Of a stretch of DNA of 32,683 nucleotides, positions 16,830-24,009 are shown piece after piece (position 1 is the first letter of the stretch; every line of letters begins with the position of its first letter). The stretch comes from a virus. Lineage: Duplodnaviria > Caudoviricetes. The stretch spans positions 1 to 32,683 of the IMG/VR virus record IMGVR_UViG_3300006127_000058; one strand, given 5' to 3'. The notes under the pieces are model-generated. The model worked only from the letters and a program-made list of their open reading frames with translations. It was not told the DNA's origin and did not search any database. The translations under genes were made by a program, and so were the position numbers.

Positions 16830-17597
16830 ATGCACTATTATCAACATCATATTGGTGACTTTTTAAAGGTCACATCTAGGCTTTCTGATTCCCAGACTAT
16901 GGCCTATCTCAGGTTAATCTGGATTTATTATGATTCTGAAAAACCTTTAATCAATAATATTAAAGTATTAGCATTTCAAGTAGGAGCATCTGAAAATGAT
17001 GTTGAACTTATTTTGCATAGTTTCTTTAAATTAAATCAAGACTCTTGGCATCAAACAAGATGTGATTTAGAAATTGAACAATATAGAGAACTTTTGTCTA
17101 AAAAATCAAAAGGAGGAAAGATCTCTGCTGAACAAAGAAAGGCTAAAAAATCAACAGGTGTTGAACAGGTGTTGAACAGGTGTTCAACAGATGTGCAACT
17201 AACCAATAACCATGAACCATTAACCAATAACCATAAACCAATTATTAATACTATACAGTCAGGAGCAAAGCTCCTAACTTGCCCTCATCAAGAGATTTTG
17301 AAACTTTATCAAAAGCATTTACCTCACCTTACTCAGCCTAGAGTTTGGGAGGGAGCAAGGCAAACCAATCTGAAAAACAGATGGACTCAAGCATCCCAAA
17401 AGTCTGACTTTTCAGATGGATACACCACTTTGGAGGAGGGTTTAGTCTGGTGGGATGAGTTTTTCCAATACATAGCCAAGGACACAAAACTATCTTCAGG
17501 CTTTGAGAGCAATAACAGAACTTGGAGGCCAGACCTTGTTTGGATGGTCAATGCTAGTAATTTTCAAAAAATAATTGATGGGAAGTATGACAAATGA
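16830..17597 (+). CDS. Replication initiator (DUF1376/YdaU-like, lambda O analogue)
   Basis: MHYYQHHIGDF...AYLRLIWIYYDSEKPL N-terminus, central iterons, C-terminal F.KIIDGKY. Start moved to ATG 16830. Confidence 0.85.
   Translation: MHYYQHHIGDFLKVTSRLSDSQTMAYLRLIWIYYDSEKPLINNIKVLAFQVGASENDVELILHSFFKLNQDSWHQTRCDLEIEQYRELLSKKSKGGKISAEQRKAKKSTGVEQVLNRCSTDVQLTNNHEPLTNNHKPIINTIQSGAKLLTCPHQEILKLYQKHLPHLTQPRVWEGARQTNLKNRWTQASQKSDFSDGYTTLEEGLVWWDEFFQYIAKDTKLSSGFESNNRTWRPDLVWMVNASNFQKIIDGKYDK
17151..17242 (+). repeat. Replication origin iterons within the initiator gene
   Basis: About four copies of 11-bp TT(G/C)AACAG(G/A)TG, then AACCA heptad repeats (two ~21-bp units). Confidence 0.75.
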
Positions 17598-17896
17598 GCT
17601 TTAAAAAATCAGAATCAAAACAAGAACCTCAAGATGATGGTGCAAGATTGCTTTGCAGTGAGTTTGGTTGTACCAACCCTTGGACTGTTCAAATTGAAAA
17701 ACCCAAATGTAGTTTGCACCAATGGAAAAAGAAAGAACCTCCTCCAGAACAAGTTTGGGTGAAACTTGAAGAGCCTATGGGTGATGGTAGAGATTGGGCT
17801 AGGATTATTCTTGCCAAACAAGAAATGGGGTATAAAGTCAGGAAAATTAGCCTTGAATTTGCTAAAGAGGCATTAAGAATTAAGGAAGTAGTATGA
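17594..17896 (+). CDS. Hypothetical protein (Cys/His motif)
   Basis: CSEFGC...KCSLH and RDWARIIL; coupled to the initiator. Confidence 0.6.
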   Translation: MSFKKSESKQEPQDDGARLLCSEFGCTNPWTVQIEKPKCSLHQWKKKEPPPEQVWVKLEEPMGDGRDWARIILAKQEMGYKVRKISLEFAKEALRIKEVV

Positions 17897-18963
17897 AAAC
17901 ATTAATTTCTACTGTTGAACAAGATGAAATCACCAAAGAATGCTCAAAATCATTTGACTTTCAATTTGATGGATCAACCAAATTTCAAGTGCCTTTTTTT
18001 GAAAAGCCTGAAAATTTCCAAATAGGCTTGATTGTAGGGGCATCAGGTAGTGGCAAATCTTCCATACTATCTACCATAGGTGAGGCTGAAAAAGTGTCTT
18101 GGGAGCCTAATAAAGCCATTTGTAGCCATTTTGAAAGTGCTTTGGATGCTCAGAACAAACTCAGTGCTGTTGGACTCAATTCTGTACCATCTTGGTTAAA
18201 GCCTTATCATGTTTTGTCTATGGGAGAAAAGTTCAGAGCTGACTTGTCTAGATCTTTAAAAGACAATGCCATCATTGATGAATTTACATCTGTTGTGGAT
18301 AGAAATGTGGCTAAATCTTGTTCTTATGCTATAGCTAGGCATATCAGAAAAGAGGGCTTGAAAAATATGGTGTTTGCCTCTTGTCACTATGACATCATTG
18401 ATTGGTTACAGCCTGATTGGATTTTTGACACAACTACAAACCGGCTCACAGTCGGAAGGGGGTCAGTTCGGCCAGTTCTGGAATTGGAGATACTTCCTTG
18501 CACAACCGAAGCATGGTCAGTCTTTCGCAACCATCACTATCTCACAGGAAACCTCAATAAAAGTGCACGATGTTGGATCGCAACATGGGAGGGAACGCTT
18601 GTTGGATTTGCCGCAGCTATCACTCTTCCCTCTGGAACCTTAAAAAAAGCATGGAAAGGTCATAGAACTGTGATACTTCCTGATTTCCAAGGTCTAGGGT
18701 TTGGAGTAAGAATCAGTGATGCAATTGGTCAAATATTTGTAAATGAGGGTTGTAGATATTTTTCTAAATCTAGTCATGTAAGACTTGGTGAATATAGGAA
18801 TAATTCACCTTTGTGGAGACCAACAGCTCACAATATGCAAGATAGATCTAGACAATATAAAAGATCTTTGGAAAATAAAACAGATTTCTTTTGGTCAAAA
18901 GAAATGACTGAAAGACATGCAGATAGGATTTGTTATTGTCATGAATACATAGGTGCAAAATGA
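17893..18963 (+). CDS. ABC-type ATPase fused to a GNAT (Mom-like) acetyltransferase
   Basis: Walker A GASGSGKS, signature LSMGE, Walker B IIDEF with VVDR, H-loop SCH; then HHYL and the acetyl-CoA motif RTVILPDFQGLGFG. Confidence 0.85.
   Translation: MKTLISTVEQDEITKECSKSFDFQFDGSTKFQVPFFEKPENFQIGLIVGASGSGKSSILSTIGEAEKVSWEPNKAICSHFESALDAQNKLSAVGLNSVPSWLKPYHVLSMGEKFRADLSRSLKDNAIIDEFTSVVDRNVAKSCSYAIARHIRKEGLKNMVFASCHYDIIDWLQPDWIFDTTTNRLTVGRGSVRPVLELEILPCTTEAWSVFRNHHYLTGNLNKSARCWIATWEGTLVGFAAAITLPSGTLKKAWKGHRTVILPDFQGLGFGVRISDAIGQIFVNEGCRYFSKSSHVRLGEYRNNSPLWRPTAHNMQDRSRQYKRSLENKTDFFWSKEMTERHADRICYCHEYIGAK
18374..18643 (+). CDS. Candidate overprinted +1-frame ORF ending ...PQLSLFPLEP
   Basis: Open +1 frame across the ATPase/GNAT junction; QLSLF at 18614-18628; coincides with a CpG island. 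Confidence 0.4.
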   Translation: MPLVTMTSLIGYSLIGFLTQLQTGSQSEGGQFGQFWNWRYFLAQPKHGQSFATITISQETSIKVHDVGSQHGRERLLDLPQLSLFPLEP

Positions 18964-19514
18964 ATGCAATTCTTGAATTAAATGATTTAGGAATAGTCAG
19001 AAATGCAACATTAAATGACATTTCCTATATTATTTCATTATCAAAAAAGGAAAGTAATAGTCTTGGATTTATACCAAAAATGGCTTATGAATCAGCTATT
19101 ACAGGAATAAAATCAGGTGATAGATGGAGTAATGTTTGTAATGACAAATTATTTATTATTGAATGTAATAATGATTTGGTAGGTTTTTGTTTAGCAAGTT
19201 TTGGAATTCCTCATGCTATTAGTAAAAAAGGAAAAATAGCTCAAATTTGTTTACAAACTGATGCTAGAAAATTTTTAAGAGGTAGAAAACTTTTAGACCA
19301 TGTTGTTGATTATGGCAAAACTCAAGGAACTTTTGCATTCAGTGCTGGGTGTGCTGATGATTTGGAATCCAACTTATTTTGGCAATCTATGGGTTGGATT
19401 AAGATTGCACAAAGAAATGGTATATCTCACAAAAATACTTGGAAACAAACAAGTCAAAGGTTGATAAACATTTATAGATATGATCCATCTGATTTTTTAT
19501 TAGGATTAATATGA
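18960..19514 (+). CDS. GNAT-family acetyltransferase
   Basis: VRNATLND, LVGFCL, motif A QICLQTDARKFLRG, motif B SNLFWQSMGW. Confidence 0.85.
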   Translation: MNAILELNDLGIVRNATLNDISYIISLSKKESNSLGFIPKMAYESAITGIKSGDRWSNVCNDKLFIIECNNDLVGFCLASFGIPHAISKKGKIAQICLQTDARKFLRGRKLLDHVVDYGKTQGTFAFSAGCADDLESNLFWQSMGWIKIAQRNGISHKNTWKQTSQRLINIYRYDPSDFLLGLI

Positions 19515-19660
19515 CTTTTAAAACAATTTGGCAACCAGTTAAACCTTGGGATGTTCCTGTCAAACAACTTGATAGGGCTAAATATCCTAAAAAAAAAGAT
19601 GAATATAAAAGAGAAAGGACAAACCAAAATGCCCTCAGAAAATGGATCTTTAATCTTTGA
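19511..19660 (+). CDS. 49-aa basic protein (not in ORF track)
   Basis: ATGA overlap with the GNAT stop, AGGA SD; MTFKTIWQPVKPWDVPVKQLDRAKYPKKK... Confidence 0.5.
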   Translation: MTFKTIWQPVKPWDVPVKQLDRAKYPKKKDEYKRERTNQNALRKWIFNL

Positions 19661-19829
19661 TTGGGATGCTGAATACCAAAGCATAGTTAAATTCTATGCT
19701 GAGTTGGCATTAGCTCCAGGCTTTAGGGACTACACCAGAGATATGGTTAAGCAAAAAATGATGGATCCATTATTGAAAAATTTAGGTAAAGATGTTGCTG
19801 AAAAAATTAAGGAATTAGAAAATGACTAA
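19629..19829 (+). CDS. Hypothetical protein
   Basis: Start moved to ATG 19629 (AAGGA SD); ends overlapping the next gene. Confidence 0.55.
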   Translation: MPSENGSLIFDWDAEYQSIVKFYAELALAPGFRDYTRDMVKQKMMDPLLKNLGKDVAEKIKELEND

Positions 19830-20067
19830 GGAAGAAATAATAAACATTGCTTGGAATATATTTCCCATAAGTGTTAGAGATGATGATGATACATTTATTG
19901 TGTTATTACATCATTTTGCAAATTTAATAGCAAAACGTGAACGTGAAGCGTGTGCAGAAATTGCTGAAAAGCAACGCTATGCAATGCATATAAGTTTGAC
20001 TTCTCATCCCACTCAAAACGGAACAGCAGTCGGAATTGCAAATGAAATCCGTGCAAGGGGACAATAA
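19822..20067 (+). CDS. Mosaic accessory protein (EREACA...IRARGQ family)
   Basis: Recognisable motif; 3' half is CpG-rich. Confidence 0.65.
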   Translation: MTKEEIINIAWNIFPISVRDDDDTFIVLLHHFANLIAKREREACAEIAEKQRYAMHISLTSHPTQNGTAVGIANEIRARGQ

Positions 20068-20348
20068 TGAGATTAGCAAGTAGAGTGGATAACAACCAAA
20101 AAGGTATTGTGGATGCTCTTAGAGCTGTTGGAGCAACTGTTTATAACCTCAAAGAACCTTGTGATTTATTGGTTGGCTATCATGGTCAAACCTTGCTTAT
20201 GGAGGTTAAAAATAAAGAAACTGGTTATGGCAAAAAAGGGTTTAATGAAAATCAAAAGCATTTTGCTGAAAACTGGAAAGGAGGGCCATTTTGCCTTGTA
20301 GATAGCATTGAGTCAGCTCTCAGAATGCTAAACATCATGGTTGACTAA
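20067..20348 (+). CDS. VRR-NUC-like PD-(D/E)XK nuclease, putative resolvase
   Basis: RVDxNQxxIVDALRAVGA, CDLLVG, LMEVK and Q..F motifs. Confidence 0.75.
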   Translation: MRLASRVDNNQKGIVDALRAVGATVYNLKEPCDLLVGYHGQTLLMEVKNKETGYGKKGFNENQKHFAENWKGGPFCLVDSIESALRMLNIMVD

Positions 20349-20349
20349 T

Positions 20350-20763
20350 ATGCAATATAAACTTGTAAATGTAGAGCAAGGCACAGCTCTTATTAAAAAC
20401 CTATGGCCTAAAATGAAAACTGCTTTGGAATCAGGTAAAACCCTAGTCATGACAGTTGAGGAGGAAAATAGGAGCCATGACCAAAATGCTAAGTTTCATG
20501 CCATCATTGCTGACATTACTAAGCAAGCACAACATTTTGGAGCTAAGTGGGATGCAGAATCTTGGAAGAGGTTTTTAATAGACCAATTTGCCACAGAAAC
20601 AGGCCTACATGCCTCCAAAATAGCACCATCCTTAGATGGGCATAGACTTGTGCAATTAGGCCTCCAGAGTCGTAAATTCACCAAAGACCAAGCTAGTCAG
20701 TTTGTAGATTGGTTACAGGCTTGGTGTGATGAAAAAGGAATAGAGCTTGAAAGCACACCCTAA
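20350..20763 (+). CDS. ninB: NinB-family recombination protein
   Basis: RSHDQNAKFHAII.DI..Q, WDAESWK and QSRKFTKDQASQFVDWL. Confidence 0.8.
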   Translation: MQYKLVNVEQGTALIKNLWPKMKTALESGKTLVMTVEEENRSHDQNAKFHAIIADITKQAQHFGAKWDAESWKRFLIDQFATETGLHASKIAPSLDGHRLVQLGLQSRKFTKDQASQFVDWLQAWCDEKGIELESTP

Positions 20764-21103
20764 AAGGCAATATGTTAGGAGCACCAAACTCTTAAACAAT
20801 ATTAGATATTTACACTGTCATGCTTGTGGATGTGAGGATGAAACAGTAGTTGGTGCTCACTCTAATAGCTCTGTGCATGGGAAAGGTAGGTCAATTAAGT
20901 CTGATGACAACATGATCGCGGCTCTCTGTTGGGACTGTCACCATGCCTTAGACCAAGGCCATTATTTAAGCAAAGAGGAAAAAGAGCAGTTCTGGATGGA
21001 TGCACACCTTAGAACTGTCTTTACTCTAATCAAGACTGATTTATGGCCTAAAGATGTGCCATTACCTCAGACTTATATTGATTATCAAAATAAACTAAAT
21101 TAG
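20747..21103 (+). CDS. Zn-binding HNH-like protein (YbcO/DUF1364-like)
   Basis: CHAC...AHSN...GKGRSIK.DD...LCWDCH; located in the nin region. Confidence 0.7.
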   Translation: MKAHPKRQYVRSTKLLNNIRYLHCHACGCEDETVVGAHSNSSVHGKGRSIKSDDNMIAALCWDCHHALDQGHYLSKEEKEQFWMDAHLRTVFTLIKTDLWPKDVPLPQTYIDYQNKLN

Positions 21104-21267
21104 CTCTTTTCTGGATGAGCTTTTTCCATAGGTAGGTGCTCATGCTTTTTGAGCTTATCCTCTAGTCTATGCAACTCATGCTCAGTTTTCTTTTCATGTT
21201 CTCTCAAAACTACATAATGAGCTTTGGGAGATTTGTATTCTTTGCCCTCAATTTTAAAGTTTTTCAT
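21100..21267 (-). CDS. 55-aa His-rich protein, last gene of the lysis operon (not in ORF track)
   Basis: MKNFKIEGKEYKSPKAHYVVLREHEKKTEHELHRLEDKLKKHEHLPMEKAHPEKS; AAGGA SD. Confidence 0.6.
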   Translation of the reverse strand: MKNFKIEGKEYKSPKAHYVVLREHEKKTEHELHRLEDKLKKHEHLPMEKAHPEKS

Positions 21268-21712
21268 ATTCATCCTTAGAAAGTAAGCCAGATTTGTATT
21301 TCTTGGCTGGGTTAAAAATAGTGAGTTTTTGCATTCTCATCTCAGGAGCAAAGCTAATGTGAGTCCAAATACCATATTCATGGATGAGTTGGTCAAATTT
21401 GATGCCTGCATCCTCTATAGCCTTTGCAACCATTAAAGGTGTCCCAAAGTCCTTGCAAGTAAAGTCTATTGCCCAACCATCCATATGGCTAGAAATCTTA
21501 GACCCTCCAACTGCTTGGTTAACTTCTGGCAATCTTAGCCATGAATTAATATGTATAGACTTTCCCAACAAGGCTCTGACCTCTTCCATGCCTTGGGCTG
21601 ACTTTTTCATATTCTCTAATTGTTGTTCACTTGGTTGATTATTAATGCCAAGTCTAGAGGCTGTCTCAGAATAAGTAGCCTCTTCAAGAGTAAAGTGTTC
21701 ACTGAGATTCAT
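21254..21712 (-). CDS. Endolysin, peptidase M15A-like
   Basis: LSEHFTLEE, SWLR...N.AVGG...SSHMDGWAIDF and WTHISF Zn ligands. Confidence 0.88.
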   Translation of the reverse strand: MNLSEHFTLEEATYSETASRLGINNQPSEQQLENMKKSAQGMEEVRALLGKSIHINSWLRLPEVNQAVGGSKISSHMDGWAIDFTCKDFGTPLMVAKAIEDAGIKFDQLIHEYGIWTHISFAPEMRMQKLTIFNPAKKYKSGLLSKDEYEKL

Positions 21713-21923
21713 CAGATTTTCCAACATGAATGCCTGTAATTAGGCCAATAAATCCACCAACCACTGTTTGAAAGGCTGGGCCAACAATATCAAACACCAC
21801 CTTATCATCCACAGTTGGATCCAAGATAGCTTGAACAAACATCCAAACCATAGATGTCACCACTTCCATTAAAGCTATGCAAGCAATAATAGTAACAACT
21901 CCTTTTAATGTCCAGTTTTTCAT
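21699..21923 (-). CDS. Holin-like two-TM protein
   Basis: Two hydrophobic segments; adjacent to the endolysin. Confidence 0.6.
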   Translation of the reverse strand: MKNWTLKGVVTIIACIALMEVVTSMVWMFVQAILDPTVDDKVVFDIVGPAFQTVVGGFIGLITGIHVGKSDESQ

Positions 21924-22378
21924 TGGTTTCCTTTCATGATTTTGTAAGCATTATTATATTGATCTATACAAGAATTTAGCTCATTTATGGCTTTGTCACC
22001 TTCTGTGGTGAGGCTGATAAGGAAGTTACTAGCTGATTGGTCAAGTTCGCTTCCCTTTTCTCTATCTGCATTGGAGGGATCTGAGGGCATTGATAAGCCA
22101 CTTTTGGTGTGGATGAACAACCTGAGATTAGCACTAGCCAAATCAGACCTAAGTTGAGTTTGTTTTTGATCTGCATCTTGATTTACTTTTTGGAGTTGTT
22201 TAAGAGAATCTGAATTTTGGCTAACCAGTTTTTGCTCATCTGACCTAGCTTTCTCATTAAGTCTTGCAACTTCAATTTGATTTCTTGCTGATTCATCATT
22301 TTCCCCTTTGTAATATCCTGACCCAAATGCACTAATTATTGATAAGATAATTCCTAACAAAACCCAAGGATTAAACAT
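21920..22378 (-). CDS. rz: Rz-like inner-membrane spanin
   Basis: N-terminal TM, coiled coil, C-terminal GDKAINELNSC; start at ATG 22378 after AAGGA. Confidence 0.8.
   Translation of the reverse strand: MFNPWVLLGIILSIISAFGSGYYKGENDESARNQIEVARLNEKARSDEQKLVSQNSDSLKQLQKVNQDADQKQTQLRSDLASANLRLFIHTKSGLSMPSDPSNADREKGSELDQSASNFLISLTTEGDKAINELNSCIDQYNNAYKIMKGNQ
21985..22176 (-). CDS. rz1: Rz1-like outer-membrane lipoprotein spanin, embedded in Rz
   Basis: Signal peptide with lipobox LISG/C, Pro-rich CPQIPP; fully nested in another frame of Rz. Confidence 0.75.
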   Translation of the reverse strand: MQIKNKLNLGLIWLVLISGCSSTPKVAYQCPQIPPMQIEKREANLTNQLVTSLSASPQKVTKP

Positions 22379-22389
22379 TTTTTTTCCTT

Positions 22390-23030
22390 TTACAAACAAT
22401 ATTTGGGTGAATATCCAGTTTCCCTAAATATTTTGTAACATTCAAATTCTTGGCTATTGTCTTTAAATTTCTTTTTAAACTCAATATGCCAAGGCTCTTC
22501 AACTTTACTTTTTTGATAGTCTAGGTTTATGTAGTACATCAAGCCAAAGATTGTGATGATGACCACCAAGACTGCAATACAGATTGCAATTCTAAGATCC
22601 CACTTTTCTTTTCTTGCTTTTCTTTCTCTCTCCTCAAGTTTGTCCTTTTTTTTTGCTCTTGGTCAAACTTCGCTTTGTCTTTTTCTAATTTTTCTCTTTC
22701 TTTTTGAAAATCAGACCACAAAGCACCTAATTCTGGAGGTGAATCATAAATAAGGGTGTGCCTTAAATCTTCCTCTGCCTGTTCAAGTTGTTTCCTCTTG
22801 ATTACATTTTCAAGAGCTTGAGCTTTTATGCTTTTGCCTTTAGGAGGATTCTTTTCTTTTTGTTTAACCTCTGCAATGGCTTTTTCTTGATGGTCAAAAA
22901 AAGATCCAAGTGAATCACTTAATTCTGAATAAATGCCAAAGACTTCTTGACCTACTTGCTTTGCCTCTTTATACATTGCTACACCTTGCTTAATAGCAGA
23001 TACAGCAGAGATAGCAAGCATGAATGGCAT
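22390..23030 (-). CDS. Lysis-region coiled-coil protein: 163 aa in frame 0 (stop 22539), or ~213 aa with a TM after -1 shift at A9
   Basis: A9 run at 22654-22646. The -1 frame is open for 85 codons to TAA 22392-22390, which abuts the Rz SD. Confidence 0.7.
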
Positions 23031-23245
23031 TATTTATTCTGAAAAAAATGTACTACATAACCAGAAATGCTAGACAGAGCAGAGACTATTGCCATCCCTG
23101 CCCAAAACCCACCCCTACCTTGGTTAGCAAGTTTGAGCAACTCTTCCATGCCTGTTTCTAGCTTGTCAATCTTTTGTTCCATGTTCTCTACTTTTTGCCA
23201 AAGAACACCATACTTAACAAGATCTATGGGTGATTCTGTACTCAT
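23030..23245 (-). CDS. Small coiled-coil protein with C-terminal TM (holin/antiholin-like)
   Basis: ANQGRGGFWAGMAIVSALSSISGYVVHFF hydrophobic tail; at the head of the lysis cluster. Confidence 0.6.
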   Translation of the reverse strand: MSTESPIDLVKYGVLWQKVENMEQKIDKLETGMEELLKLANQGRGGFWAGMAIVSALSSISGYVVHFFQNK

Positions 23246-24009
23246 GATTTGAATATGTAAGCTAAAGCATAGTAAGGAGGTAGGTTAGCATTTGTGCCAC
23301 TTACACCAGTGCTTTGATTTGTAGTTGTTGTGGATGTTGCTACAGATATTCCAGTTGTTGCTGAATCTGTATTAGCAGATGAATTTGCTGTAAATACTGC
23401 AGTTGAACTACCAGACTGAGGAGCTGTTACTGTAGCCTTTTGGTAAGCATGGAAGTGGCCTGGGTCAGTCACCGTAGAGGTAGAGCTAGATGTAGCTGTG
23501 TGAGTATGTGACACCACAATAGCATCTGTAGAGCCTCCAGTAGCACCTGGTGAGTAAGTGGAGCCTGCACCCACTATAAAAGATGATCTTAGATCTGGTG
23601 TTCCATTAGTACCATCACAAAGCAACCATCCACTAGGAATAGCTCCAATAGCTCCAGACCACATTGCAATCAAGCCTGATGGAACATAAGCTCCACCACC
23701 ACCACTTGTAGATTGAACTCCAATAATTCCATACAAATTATCATAAGTCTGAATAGTCACATTATTGCTATCAGTCAATACAAACTTGTAGTTATAGCCA
23801 TAAGTCAACCAAATCTCATTTTGTGGCCTACCATCTGTTCCCAAAACAATAGGATTGGTATTAGGAAAAACTGCACCATTGTCTGAGTAAGTGGTCAGAG
23901 GAGTTGTGGAGCCTGCCTGATAGGTGTAGATAAATCCACCATTTAATGGCAATCCAGTGGTAGTAAAGAATTGAAATCCATTACCTATGGGTGAAAGATT
24001 GACACTCAT
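23242..24009 (-). CDS. Short tail fibre with virion-binding N-terminus and collar domain
   Basis: GLPLNGGFIYTYQAGSTTP...NPIVL..GR; collar IPSGWLLCDGTNGTPDLR; SHTH...HFH; NLPPYYALAYI. Confidence 0.8.
   Translation of the reverse strand: MSVNLSPIGNGFQFFTTTGLPLNGGFIYTYQAGSTTPLTTYSDNGAVFPNTNPIVLGTDGRPQNEIWLTYGYNYKFVLTDSNNVTIQTYDNLYGIIGVQSTSGGGGAYVPSGLIAMWSGAIGAIPSGWLLCDGTNGTPDLRSSFIVGAGSTYSPGATGGSTDAIVVSHTHTATSSSTSTVTDPGHFHAYQKATVTAPQSGSSTAVFTANSSANTDSATTGISVATSTTTTNQSTGVSGTNANLPPYYALAYIFKS

Noticed and set aside
17151-17242. Short tandem repeats as a possible CRISPR or mini-array
   Set aside because: No spacers; position and size fit origin iterons inside the initiator gene.
17893-18440. ABC transporter
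   Set aside because: No permease or substrate-binding gene; the ATPase is fused to a GNAT.
19589-19597. A9 run that could fuse the 49-aa ORF to the next frame
   Set aside because: Both ORFs have their own SD and start, and the run simply encodes KKK; fusion is not needed to explain the region.
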